From IMG/VR virus record IMGVR_UViG_3300037511_000359: 64,000 nt of DNA. One strand, given 5' to 3'. Shown here piece after piece: positions 17,001 through 25,048 of this stretch. The stretch comes from a virus. The translations under genes were made by a program, and so were the position numbers. A model generated the notes under the pieces. The model searched no databases and had not been told where the DNA came from. It saw nothing but the letters and a program-made list of their open reading frames with translations. Numbering within the stretch: position 1 is the stretch's first letter; every line of letters starts with the position of its first letter.

Positions 17001-17431
17001 AGCACGGGTGGAAGGGAGCGCAGTTCGGACATCTTGGCGCGGAGCACGGGATCAAGGGCAAAGACTTCGGTGCGCTCGGCGCAGAGCACGGCGCGAAGGG
17101 TGCCGGAGCTGGAACGGCTGTCGCGGCGACACGCAAGAACCAGAGCGACATGACGGCCGGCGAGGTGCAGGTGCTGGTGTCGATGATTGGCGGCAACGCG
17201 GTTGCGTGTGAGGTGTTGGGTGTAAGTGTACCTGCGCTGATGAGGTACAAGAACGGCGCACGGGGGATCCCGCAGGACCTCGCTGACCGTCTTCGGGGGC
17301 GGGCGATGGTCCGATTATCCGGACCCCCGGTCGGCCCAGTCCCTAATGAAGATTATTCTTCATTAGATACCCCTCAGCGGGGGGGTCCGGATAATCGAGC
17401 AGCGAACGACAACGAGGACGCAGCGGAGTAG
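14051..17431 (+). CDS. primase-polymerase / helicase fusion replication protein with C-terminal repeats and HTH
   Basis: AEP-like LIIDVDN, YVTPRGMR, DWTRHFKLP; P-loop AQCGLGKS and LLIIDE; C-terminal FGHLGAEHG repeats and an HTH-like segment. Confidence 0.7.
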   Translation: MQPLVAFAEHKKHRAVKAPGTLDATFDWREPLNSPDNTAGIQDHYTVAPLAEVLQRVYTTEAHCVAYVLFRDGVPLEHQPRLAKSGREWVIEQGYELRVNTLIIDVDNPDHADNTDLTIQTWVSRIRSTLPDYGFYVTPRGMRLIALLDEWVDADRAEEILETIFRHIEAVGIQSAEKSAQCRDWTRHFKLPHHRSEKHRTQYISPVVDLSTLRPQHIEPTPLARRRAERAGSRRGVGSFVSAPPAAWSSRIEKLAGLLRGQYDGNRNFLSLAIAGALLSFQVVPEQVPAIVGAVVTRAGWNDPRLHQNNAILTVGKWQDRQRVRGIEFLRHHAAPVADALEAIGSATAEERARALNDLPPPATLPVDVAVAQMQAEMRNAYGLVVLRAQCGLGKSHAARAIAEERARGVREGAKRVRSVHNTGFSVPNHKLAVQHAERLRADGVSVRRVFGVLSVLREDGTPECAYAKQAQHMRGGQSIPKVFCNGNGRLPCEHRETCSAYGGAEGPEDARVTVGPHALLSQIEAEIGENGLLIIDEPPDLLETEEFTVADLELAIQCKGYFTRRYAGAMAPILDVVHQWVANTTLLGGIEKNFTTALKLQPDGDAWNEAVSAVGTGDPLEAAQLAFSEDHKPRLGFAPPIEQRHILQVRTCQKTAKLVGDASRVLWMLWNSCREGVVLSTRVEEYPDKRTKSGTRRVLLVTGMRTELADALTSPTHPTVVLDANADLQVPIYQRVVTAKERGGVPKEIDSLALRFRYREFYACDGAPVERTMMMWGASRKAWLVDGQLTDAFVNAVDRAVRWACERPEQAERVCMVSFPAVEVALSGALGHPGAAEAWIARGQEASALGPLVERLKPILARLPGTLELAHYGDLRGLDQWKDADALVTLGDPVQNLGAVRHDATFIGLPDPDERVHGLTRAELEQAHGRLRTVHRTKPARSLHIGRVLPGGWHGARILGRSRAEDWARGGELGKAFGHLGAEHGWKGAQFGHLGAEHGIKGKDFGALGAEHGAKGAGAGTAVAATRKNQSDMTAGEVQVLVSMIGGNAVACEVLGVSVPALMRYKNGARGIPQDLADRLRGRAMVRLSGPPVGPVPNEDYSSLDTPQRGGPDNRAANDNEDAAE
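16981..17103 (+). repeat. three in-frame 14-aa repeats (FGxLGAEHGxKG)
   Basis: FGHLGAEHGWKGAQ / FGHLGAEHGIKGKD / FGALGAEHGAKG, with diverged codons. Confidence 0.85.
17312..17397. repeat. nested perfect inverted repeats (candidate replication origin / cruciform)
   Basis: 17-bp arms CGATTATCCGGACCCCC (17312-17328, 17381-17397) enclosing an AT-rich 10-bp hairpin CTAATGAAGA-ttat-TCTTCATTAG (17343-17366). Confidence 0.85.
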
Positions 17432-17469
17432 AGCGAGAATACGTAGCAGATACGAGTACTTAGAAACGA

Positions 17470-18129
17470 ATGAGCGAGGAGCGGATGGGAGATCAGAACA
17501 ACGAAGCCGAAGATCAGCACGCGTCGCGTGAGCAGGAACGCGATCGAAAGCAGTGGAACGATGTTGCCGCGCGACTGGAGCGCCTGCGACCGTTGTGTGA
17601 TCAGTTCGCGAGCGAGATTGCGAAGGAGAGCGCAGCGCAAGATCGCATCGTGGAATTTTTTCAGAACGCACAGACCGCCGACGATACGCTTCGCAAGCTG
17701 AGCGAACTCGGCGGATACGCGCAGAGCGATCTGATCGCTGCAGCTATCCGCGTGCAGCGCGTGACCGCGCTCCGCGTCGCGGACCTCGAACGGGCGATTG
17801 CCGACCTGCGCGCCGCGCAGCCTGCGGACCCGACCGGCGCGCACCCGTACCGGTCCGGCCAGCGCACCGCCTCGCGCTGCCCCACTGGGGGGGCGCCAGC
17901 GCGTCCGAGCACCACCGGACGACCTGCGAGCCGTCCGGGTGCCCTACGGCGCGTTTACGGGGCGCTGGCGTTCGTTGGCGCGTGTCTGCCGTCCGCGCGC
18001 ACCATGGTCCGCGGGGTAGCTGGGACCGCCGTCGTGGCGCTGGCGCTCGTGGCGTGGGTGGCGTGTGTCGTCTCAGGCGCAGCTCACGAGATGGAGCGCG
18101 ACCGCGCGTGCGAACGGAGCTTACCGTGA
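17470..18129 (+). CDS. hypothetical protein (coiled coil, C-terminal TM)
   Basis: Long ORF coupled to the next gene by GTGA. Confidence 0.55.
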   Translation: MSEERMGDQNNEAEDQHASREQERDRKQWNDVAARLERLRPLCDQFASEIAKESAAQDRIVEFFQNAQTADDTLRKLSELGGYAQSDLIAAAIRVQRVTALRVADLERAIADLRAAQPADPTGAHPYRSGQRTASRCPTGGAPARPSTTGRPASRPGALRRVYGALAFVGACLPSARTMVRGVAGTAVVALALVAWVACVVSGAAHEMERDRACERSLP

Positions 18130-19346
18130 CCTGCTGCCCCGTCGGAAAACACCCGGAGCACGACGACATCGACCGGCTCATCCGGGCGCAGCAAGCGGCG
18201 TCGCAGTCCGGCCAGTCGACGCTGGCGATGTCGTACAGTCAGATTGCACGGACGTACGACATCCGGAAGGCGACGCTGCTGGCACACCGCGACGTGTGCC
18301 TGGCACAGCGTACCGGTACGGCGCCAGCGGGCGTACCGGTACGGTCGGACGGCGTACCGGGGCGTACCGCTGCGGACGCGTGCGACGAAAACGTGAGTGA
18401 TTCCGCGCGGTCCGACCGGTACGGTGCGGGCGCACCAGCGCTGGGCGCGAAGGGCACTAACGCGGATGGCGGACGAGCGACGGGGCCGCCCGGCGGTGGC
18501 ACATATAGGCACACTTCTGTGCCGCCCTCGGCGCAGAGTGCGCCAAAACGCGTGGCACAGAGCGACGTGCATGTCGTTGTCGATGCTGCGTCTGGCGCGT
18601 CGTCGCTGGGGATGGGTCAGCGCGGACCCGGTGACGCGCGTGCAGCCGCTGCGTCGTCGGTTGAGGGCGTCGTGGAGGGGGTGGGTCAGCCGCGACCCCC
18701 TGAGCGCTCCCGATACCCCGACTTCGCGCGGGCGCGCGCGCGCGAAAACGGTAAGCGCGGGTGGGAGAAGGTAGCCAACGAAGCCGCGGAACAGGCGGTG
18801 CGCACCATCACACACGCGATCGCTGACAGCGAACTCGCCGACCCGAACGCGCGCGCACACGGATCGTACATCCAAGAGATCGTCGAGCTCATCGGCCGCG
18901 ACGCGTGGGAGAACGACGCAACCGTCACGCGTCTCGCGCGCGCGTGGGGCAAGACGAAGATGTTCGTGCTCGGTTGCTACCGTGACGCGTGCGCACTTCG
19001 TCGAATGGCGCGCGGTTCCGCGAACGAAGATCGCGAAGTGTCGCTCGTTCGCTGGGTGAACCTGTACAAGCTTGCGATCGCGAACGGCGACGCGCTCTCC
19101 CTGAAGGTCGCGAGCGATGCGCTGAAGGGCTACGACGCGGCGAGCGGGATCACGGATCGCAGCGCGAAGGTGCAGATCAACATCGCGCAGGATCCACAGG
19201 CGCAGGAGTTCGTGCGGAGAATTCTCGCGACGCTGCAACGATTCCCTGACGCACTCGACGCGGTGCGCCAGGACGTGGCGCAGTTCGCGGCGAGCGACCC
19301 GATGGCGATCTTGACGACGGGCGCGGAGGTCGACGCGGCGGAGTAG
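18126..19346 (+). CDS. Zn/HTH protein, putative terminase small subunit
   Basis: N-terminal CPVGKHPEHDDID...SYSQIARTYDIRKATLLAHRDVC (C-x-x-C/H-P...HTH pattern) and C-terminal VQINIAQDP...LQRFPDA, a pattern I recall from proteins usually encoded before TerL. Confidence 0.5.
   Translation: MTCCPVGKHPEHDDIDRLIRAQQAASQSGQSTLAMSYSQIARTYDIRKATLLAHRDVCLAQRTGTAPAGVPVRSDGVPGRTAADACDENVSDSARSDRYGAGAPALGAKGTNADGGRATGPPGGGTYRHTSVPPSAQSAPKRVAQSDVHVVVDAASGASSLGMGQRGPGDARAAAASSVEGVVEGVGQPRPPERSRYPDFARARARENGKRGWEKVANEAAEQAVRTITHAIADSELADPNARAHGSYIQEIVELIGRDAWENDATVTRLARAWGKTKMFVLGCYRDACALRRMARGSANEDREVSLVRWVNLYKLAIANGDALSLKVASDALKGYDAASGITDRSAKVQINIAQDPQAQEFVRRILATLQRFPDALDAVRQDVAQFAASDPMAILTTGAEVDAAE
18309..18424. 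repeat. cluster of CGTACCGGTACG palindromes (candidate pac / protein-binding site)
   Basis: Perfect 12-bp palindromes at 18309-18320 and 18332-18343; partial copies at 18353, 18363 and 18415. Confidence 0.7.
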
Positions 19347-19385
19347 TGCAGTAGTGCTGTACTTTCAGGAATCGTCATCGGGCAC

Positions 19386-19414
19386 TTGACTGTCATGACA
19401 GTCTGAGCTAGGTT
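19386..19414 (+). promoter_or_regulatory. promoter at the start of the accessory region overlapped by a perfect 16-bp palindrome
   Basis: TTGACT-N17-TAGGTT; GACTGTCATGACAGTC at 19388-19403. Confidence 0.6.
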
Positions 19415-19456
19415 CCTCCTGTCGACGGCGCGGTGCCGTCGTATGAGGGCGACGGG

Positions 19457-20080
19457 ATGAGCAACGAAGCCACGAAACAGTGTCGCCTTTGCCGCGGCAG
19501 CGGGTCCCGCATGACGATGGCAGGGCTGCGTCGCTGCAAGTGCACGCCGGCGCCGGCAAAGGTTCGCGGGCCGAATTCCGCGACGCACGAGGGGGAATGC
19601 GGCGTCTGTGAGCGATGGTTTTCGCTGGGCCTTGAGAATGAGCGACTCGCGCTTCATGGCTTCGCGCGTCCGGGTTATGGATGGCTCGTCGGCAAGTGCC
19701 CCGGCGAGAATCGTCTCCCGGTTGAACGATCGAAAGAAACCATCGAGATCCTCCGCGCGGTCGCCGTCAGGCGCGCCGAGGGTGCCGCCGCGACTCTCGT
19801 CGAACTTCGTGCGCCTGGACTTCAGGAACTGATGTACGAGCACCGCCGCCCAGGCTCCTACAATCTGCCACGGACCGCGAGCTACGCCGATCTCTTCGAG
19901 GTCGTGACAATCGTGCGCGGGAGCGCCGCTGACTTCCAGCGCGGGCTGCCGTCTTTCGACGACCTGCTGGCGCGTAGGATCCGAGAAACGGAGGCCATCG
20001 CAAACCACGCACGCGAATGCGTTCAGCGCGCCGACGATCGGCTTGCTGCGTGGCAGCCGAAGGATTCGCGACCACGATGA
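19457..20080 (+). CDS. hypothetical Cys-motif protein
   Basis: CRLC, CGVC...HG...CPG motifs. Confidence 0.65.
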   Translation: MSNEATKQCRLCRGSGSRMTMAGLRRCKCTPAPAKVRGPNSATHEGECGVCERWFSLGLENERLALHGFARPGYGWLVGKCPGENRLPVERSKETIEILRAVAVRRAEGAAATLVELRAPGLQELMYEHRRPGSYNLPRTASYADLFEVVTIVRGSAADFQRGLPSFDDLLARRIRETEAIANHARECVQRADDRLAAWQPKDSRPR

Positions 20081-20161
20081 GTCGTCTTGTCGACCCGCCT
20101 CCGCGGTCGACACTGCCCGCCCGGTTCGCCGCGGCGGGCTTGAGGCGTCAGGAGGTAGGAG

Positions 20162-20383
20162 ATGGGCAAACCGTTCTACAGCAGACGATACTATCAGCTT
20201 GTGTCGCCGCCGGCGGACACCGCAGATCAGATAGCGTGGCGCATCCGCCGCCGAGCGGCCGGGGAGCAGGCGTGCCGCGAGCGCGAGGCCAAGTTTCCTG
20301 TGCTGACCCAGGAGAACGCCGCCGAAGCCATCGCTTGGCAAGAGGCGCGGATTCAGGAGTTGATGCGCGAGGGCGGCTCGTGA
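20162..20383 (+). CDS. hypothetical protein
   Basis: GGAGG RBS. Confidence 0.6.
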   Translation: MGKPFYSRRYYQLVSPPADTADQIAWRIRRRAAGEQACREREAKFPVLTQENAAEAIAWQEARIQELMREGGS

Positions 20384-20814
20384 GCCCCCGCAACCGCGGC
20401 CCCCGCTGGTCCAGCCCGAAGCAGGCGGACCGCGGGCGGCCGCTGCGCTCGTTCAGCCTGCCGCGCGACCTGCACACGGCGCTCGACTGCCTGCGCGTCG
20501 CCGGCGCGAACGTCTCGGCGATCGCGGAGGAGGCGCTGCGCGCGCACCCGAAGGTGGCGGCGGAGCTCGCGCGCGCGTCGACGGACGACGAGCACGCGGG
20601 ACTGCGTGCCCGCGGGTTGCTGCCGTGCGATGCCTGCGACGGCACCGGTCACGACCAGCGGCGTGCCCGGCTCGGGAGCGGCCTCGTTGACTGCCGCGCG
20701 TGTCACGGGCGCGGCCACGTCTTGCCGTTGGGCGTCGGCTCCGGTCCGTGTCCGTCGAAGAACTGCCCCTTCGCGCGCTGCACGGATCCGGCGCACTGGG
20801 ACACGAGGTCGTGA
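20380..20814 (+). CDS. ribbon-helix-helix-like protein with DnaJ-type Zn-finger repeats
   Basis: RSFSLPRDL...NVSAIAEEAL; CDACDGTG and CRACHGRG. Confidence 0.55.
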   Translation: MSPRNRGPRWSSPKQADRGRPLRSFSLPRDLHTALDCLRVAGANVSAIAEEALRAHPKVAAELARASTDDEHAGLRARGLLPCDACDGTGHDQRRARLGSGLVDCRACHGRGHVLPLGVGSGPCPSKNCPFARCTDPAHWDTRS

Positions 20815-20833
20815 CGACAGACGCACGATGCGC

Positions 20834-20861
20834 TTGACAGCGAAGCGATTCGTGTTATTAT
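20834..20861 (+). promoter_or_regulatory. leaderless promoter, class A
   Basis: TTGACA-N16(ending GTGT)-TATTAT-N6-ATG(20868). Confidence 0.7.
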
Positions 20862-20867
20862 ACTCCT

Positions 20868-21113
20868 ATGAATGACGCGCTCTTTGCAGATTCGGCACTT
20901 GTGGCCGCGAGCTTCCGCAAGTTCACCGGCAAGCGCAAGGGCGAAGCGTTCGTCGAGGCCGGTTCGTGGTGGGTAATTGACGCGGACGGTCATCAGTGGG
21001 GCCACGCCGAGGTTGACGGCGAGGATACCTGGGTCTGTTTTACAGATGACAACGACGAGTACGTGGTGCAGGTGCGGTGCGAGAAGCGCGCTGGGAAGGC
21101 GGCTGGTCGATGA
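20868..21113 (+). CDS. hypothetical protein (leaderless)
   Basis: ATG 6 nt after the -10 element. Confidence 0.65.
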   Translation: MNDALFADSALVAASFRKFTGKRKGEAFVEAGSWWVIDADGHQWGHAEVDGEDTWVCFTDDNDEYVVQVRCEKRAGKAAGR

Positions 21114-21301
21114 AGTATCAGGCTGGACTGAATTCTCACGGGTCCAACGTGCCGTACTTCGACACGAAGGCGGCAGCGCTGAAGGCCGCGAAGGAAGCGG
21201 CGCGCGCGAACCCAGGGAAACTCGCCGCTCTGCATGAGCGCGGCGAGCCGGTGCGTCTGTTCCGCGCCGACGACCGCGGACGGGTGAGTGAAGTTCGATA
21301 G
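21110..21301 (+). CDS. hypothetical protein
   Basis: ATGA overlap; MKYQAGLNSH... Confidence 0.55.
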   Translation: MKYQAGLNSHGSNVPYFDTKAAALKAAKEAARANPGKLAALHERGEPVRLFRADDRGRVSEVR

Positions 21302-21312
21302 GTCTGTCACCC

Positions 21313-21340
21313 TTGACAGCGAGGCGGCGTGTGTTATCGT
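21313..21340 (+). promoter_or_regulatory. leaderless promoter, class A
   Basis: TTGACA-N16(ending GTGTGT)-TATCGT-N6-ATG(21347). Confidence 0.7.
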
Positions 21341-21346
21341 CATGGC

Positions 21347-21547
21347 ATGACATGCGAAGCCAGCCTCGTGATCGTACGACTCGACGACACATCGGTGCCC
21401 GCTGGACCAGCGACGGTGCTGGAGCGCGTCTCCGCCGTCTCCGCGCTGAGTAAGTACAAGGACCGCGACGGATGCCGCGACCCGCGCATCCGCGTATGGT
21501 CGGGCCTGTTCGGGCCAGGCACGCGTGTGTCGCTCAGATTCGTGTGA
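21347..21547 (+). CDS. hypothetical protein (leaderless)
   Basis: ATG at promoter +1. Confidence 0.6.
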   Translation: MTCEASLVIVRLDDTSVPAGPATVLERVSAVSALSKYKDRDGCRDPRIRVWSGLFGPGTRVSLRFV

Positions 21548-21615
21548 CCGCGCTGCAGCATCGAGCGCACGGCCGCTTTCTTTTGTGGAGCGCGGACTTT
21601 GCCGCGTGAGGAGGC

Positions 21616-22041
21616 ATGATGGAAGCGAACGAATTCTGGTGCCGGGCGTTCCTGGCGGCGATGGGAGCGAGCTTCGTGGATGAAACGCGGCGGGGCGTCG
21701 TGCATCCGCAGATGGCGGACTACGCCGGTGCGGCAGCCGACGCCGCGCTCTCCGTGGCCAGCGAGCGGGGGATGGTGACGGGCGAGCCGGCCGGCCGGTC
21801 CGACGTGGAGCCGGCCGAGGCCGAGCGCGTCGAGTTCACCGCGGAGCGTGATGGTCGCGAGCCTGGGTTGTGGGAGATCTGCAGCCCGGGGTGGACGCAG
21901 CCGGTCCAGGTTCGTGCCGGAGGAGAGCGGTACTACTTCGGTCCGCTCGAGACGCTGCGCGTTAAGTGGGCCGAGACGTCGCCGCCGAAGCCGCTCGGTG
22001 TGTGGCTCGAGCGCCGCGACAACTCGGAGGCTTCACGATGA
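21616..22041 (+). CDS. hypothetical protein
   Basis: GAGGAGG RBS. Confidence 0.65.
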   Translation: MMEANEFWCRAFLAAMGASFVDETRRGVVHPQMADYAGAAADAALSVASERGMVTGEPAGRSDVEPAEAERVEFTAERDGREPGLWEICSPGWTQPVQVRAGGERYYFGPLETLRVKWAETSPPKPLGVWLERRDNSEASR

Positions 22042-22267
22042 CCGACGAACTGTACACGCTGTACCTCGACACGTTCACGATGAAGCTCTCCGGCGTAGAC
22101 TGCAGCACGCTCGCGGACCTGCGCGCGAAGCATCCGACGATGCAACAGCGATGCAACAGCGCGCGGTGGTCGCGCTCGCGTTGGCTCACGCGTCGAGCGC
22201 GGACCCGGGTCCCTACGCGCGCAGCGATGTCGCTGAGGCGATCGAGCAGATGCTCGAGGTGAAGTGA
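22038..22267 (+). pseudogene. small gene frameshifted by an 11-bp tandem duplication; paralog of the next gene
   Basis: GATGCAACAGC twice (22139-22160). Removing one copy gives MTDELYTLYLDTF...MQQRAVVALALAH...EQMLEVK, similar to MTDDRYKLYLASF...KLLEAN. Confidence 0.7.
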
Positions 22268-22473
22268 TGACCGACGATCGATACAAGCTGTACCTCGCTT
22301 CGTTCTGCGCGAAGCTGCTCGGACGACCAGTGGTCGAGATGAAGCTCCCAGAGACGGGCGAACTGGAAGACGTCGCGATCTGCGCGATCGGGCTGGCGGA
22401 TGGAAACCTCGGCGTGCCGCGAACGCGTGCTGATCTTGCGAGCAGCGTGGCGAAGCTTCTGGAGGCGAATTGA
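22264..22473 (+). CDS. hypothetical protein (paralog of 22038-22267)
   Basis: Shared MTD..Y.LYL..F..KL.G N-terminus. Confidence 0.65.
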   Translation: MMTDDRYKLYLASFCAKLLGRPVVEMKLPETGELEDVAICAIGLADGNLGVPRTRADLASSVAKLLEAN

Positions 22474-22778
22474 TGTCGTACATTATCGAAACGCGCACGC
22501 CGGAGACCGAGGAGCGCCGCGCTGGAGAGTGGCACAGCGACGGCATGGGCACTACCGAGCCGATCGTGGTCGCGACCGAAGCGGAGGCTGCGGTGGCGAT
22601 CCAGAACCTGCGCCAGGTCGGTCCCGACTGGGCGGCGGCAGAATACCGCGCGCGTGAACTGTCGCCGCGCGAGATGGTTGCGCTCGTACGCGCGAAGGGC
22701 GGCGTGTTCTTAGAACTCGCTGGGCACATGGATGCGTTACTGGATGAGTCGGATCAGCGAGAGCGAGGTGCACGATGA
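22470..22778 (+). CDS. hypothetical protein
   Basis: Coupled ORF with typical codon usage. Confidence 0.65.
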   Translation: MMSYIIETRTPETEERRAGEWHSDGMGTTEPIVVATEAEAAVAIQNLRQVGPDWAAAEYRARELSPREMVALVRAKGGVFLELAGHMDALLDESDQRERGAR

Positions 22779-23038
22779 CCGCCGACGAACGGCTCGCCGA
22801 ACTCGAGCGCCGCGTACTCGCGCTCGAAGGTCGCACGGCGTCTATCGAGCGCGCGGAGCAGCGCGTGCTCGAGGCTGCGAGGCAGTGGGCGCGGGTGAAG
22901 AAACTTGGGCACTATCTCGAGGGCGGATCCATCAACCACATCGCGCAGAGCGATCGCGCCGACGCAGAGGAAATGTTCCTCGGCGAGTTCCGTCGTGCGG
23001 CGCTGGACTTGCTGAACCTGGAGGCGAAACCGAGATGA
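22775..23038 (+). CDS. hypothetical protein
   Basis: ATGA coupling. Confidence 0.65.
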   Translation: MTADERLAELERRVLALEGRTASIERAEQRVLEAARQWARVKKLGHYLEGGSINHIAQSDRADAEEMFLGEFRRAALDLLNLEAKPR

Positions 23039-23301
23039 AACTGTACGCAATACTGCTCGCGCTCTGCGCAACCGCCTGCGGCGCTGTCGTCGACAGCGAC
23101 GACCCGAAGCGTGCCGTTGAGGCGCTGGGGTTCACGGATGTTGTCGTGGCAGACAAGTCCATCGTGACGCACGGGTTCGACGGATGCGGAAGGGACGACG
23201 CCGCGTCGTTTAAGGTGCAGGGGAAGAACCCGCGCGGCGTGCTGACGTTCGTGACGGTGTGCTGCGGGTTCCCGTGCAAGGGCTGCACGGTGAGGCACTG
23301 A
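23035..23301 (+). CDS. putative lipoprotein
   Basis: Signal peptide and lipobox-like ATAC; GCGRDD...GKNPRG...VCCG..KGCTVR pattern. Confidence 0.65.
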   Translation: MKLYAILLALCATACGAVVDSDDPKRAVEALGFTDVVVADKSIVTHGFDGCGRDDAASFKVQGKNPRGVLTFVTVCCGFPCKGCTVRH

Positions 23302-23693
23302 TGGGCGCGCTGAGTGCAGAGAAACTGCGCGCCGCCCGCCTCGCTGCCGCGGGGTGGGTGTCCTCGGCTAGAGGCGGTCGGATGTGCTGGCGCGACCCGC
23401 TTCGGCCGATGGCGAGGCGCGTGCGACTCGACGTTGCCGCCGCCCGGCAGGCTGGCCGCGACGCGGCGAAGGCGATCGTGCAACAGGCCGCAGACGCCGC
23501 GCTGCCGGACCTCACCCTGGCTCAGGAGCGCATCATCCGCGACGCCGTGGCCGCGTGCGTCTACCGCCCGACGGGCGCGCGCATCGCCACCTGCGAGCGG
23601 CTAGAGGCGCTGGAGGCCGCGCTGCGGAAGGCTGGGCTGGATGTGCGCGGTGAGCGGGCGCGGGCGGTTGTGTCAGGCGCTCGGGCGCGGTAG
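23301..23693 (+). CDS. hypothetical protein
   Basis: TGATG coupling. Confidence 0.55.
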   Translation: MGALSAEKLRAARLAAAGWVSSARGGRMCWRDPLRPMARRVRLDVAAARQAGRDAAKAIVQQAADAALPDLTLAQERIIRDAVAACVYRPTGARIATCERLEALEAALRKAGLDVRGERARAVVSGARAR

Positions 23694-23699
23694 AGTCTC

Positions 23700-24185
23700 G
23701 TGTCCGGACACGTCCGGATACCAGGAGGACAGGTGCAGAAGATCGACATTACGCCCGCGTGGTACAAGAGCATGAGCGGAGAGGGCGCGAAGGCGAGGAG
23801 CGGATTCGTTCACGACTTCTTTCGCAAGTGGTCGAAGGAGGATAGCAAGTTCGGTCGTAACCTGGCTGCAATGTGGGCCGCTGGCATGCACATCGAACCG
23901 TCGGACGATTGCGTTTGCCTGACCGCGTCGGTCAGACTGACGGGTGTCGGCGTCATCGCTGGTGCGCTTCGTGATCGACTGGCTGCTCCCGATGTGGAGC
24001 GTCGCGCACTTGCGCGTGCTGCGCTCGCGATCGGCGACGGGAAGCGTACGCCGCACACCGTCGCGGATGCGCCGGACCACACGGCGCTCTACGTCGAGCG
24101 CGAGGACACCGACGAGAGCGTCATGATCGTCTCAGCGCCAACGGGCGAGTCGCGTCGGTTCTTTGTGACGCCGTCCTTCCGGTAG
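23700..24185 (+). CDS. hypothetical protein
   Basis: 161-aa ORF with typical codon usage. Confidence 0.6.
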   Translation: MSGHVRIPGGQVQKIDITPAWYKSMSGEGAKARSGFVHDFFRKWSKEDSKFGRNLAAMWAAGMHIEPSDDCVCLTASVRLTGVGVIAGALRDRLAAPDVERRALARAALAIGDGKRTPHTVADAPDHTALYVEREDTDESVMIVSAPTGESRRFFVTPSFR

Positions 24186-24250
24186 CACCGATGCACGTAC
24201 CGGCGCATCGCCACTAGCCCTCCGCCCCAACGCCGTGTAAGACTCGGCGC

Positions 24251-24595
24251 ATGCCGACCCGATCCATCCGCTCGCGCCGCGTCCGTCGCGCCGCGCACCC
24301 GACCACCGACGTCCGTGCGCTCGCCGCGAGCGAACGCATCATCCTTCGCCTGCTGCGCGACCACGGCGACACGTACGGGATGCGGCTCGTGCATCTCAGC
24401 GCGGGCGCGCTGACCGAGCACGGCGTGTACGTGACGCTCGGACGCATGCTGGAGAAGGACTTCGTGGAGAGCTGGCACCGGCGCGACGACGGGGAGATGG
24501 GCGCGGTGCGGCGCGTGTACCGGACGACGGCGCACGGGCTGCGGATGCTGGAGGCGACGGAGGCGTTCGAGCGAACGGTGCGCGGCGGCGCTTGA
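24251..24595 (+). CDS. PadR-family winged-helix regulator
   Basis: IILRLL...TYGMRL....GVYVTLGRMLEKDFVES...RRVYRTTAHG. Confidence 0.75.
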   Translation: MPTRSIRSRRVRRAAHPTTDVRALAASERIILRLLRDHGDTYGMRLVHLSAGALTEHGVYVTLGRMLEKDFVESWHRRDDGEMGAVRRVYRTTAHGLRMLEATEAFERTVRGGA

Positions 24596-24620
24596 CAGGA
24601 GCGGTGCGTGTGTTATAGAT
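24592..24620 (+). promoter_or_regulatory. leaderless promoter, class A (imperfect -10)
   Basis: TTGACA-N16(ending GTGTGT)-TATAGA; ATG at 24627. Confidence 0.6.
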
Positions 24621-24626
24621 GTGGGT

Positions 24627-25048
24627 ATGAGGATCGAGAAAAGAGGGGGCGGCGAGTACCTGATCGGTGCTGGGGCGACGAACTCGTGTCCGAAAATGAT
24701 GCGTGCCGGTGACTACAACACGCTGTGTTGCTACCATCTGCACGAAGAGCACATCTCGACTGATCGTAGGGAGGACGACGGCTCACTGAGGATTTGCTGT
24801 CGCTGGCCCATCGACCCAGAACCCGAGCAATCTGCGACAACCGCGCCGCGCAGGCACCGCGTGTCGCAAGCGAGATCGAGCGCATCAACGCGGCGCTCGT
24901 CGTTGGCGTTCGTGACTTCAGCGTGAACGCGCCGCTGTTCGAGGACATCGGGCGCGCGCTGGAGGCAGCGGGGTGGACCGCGATCGTGTCGACGGCGGAC
25001 GGGCGCACATCGTTCGAGGTGCGAGAGAAGCCGGAGGGGTGGCGATGA
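24627..25048 (+). CDS. hypothetical protein, probably frameshifted near 24830; N-half paralogous to 25045-25245
   Basis: MRIEKRGGGEYLI..RWP frame (stop 24926) overlaps a second coding-like frame ending at 25048. Confidence 0.45.
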
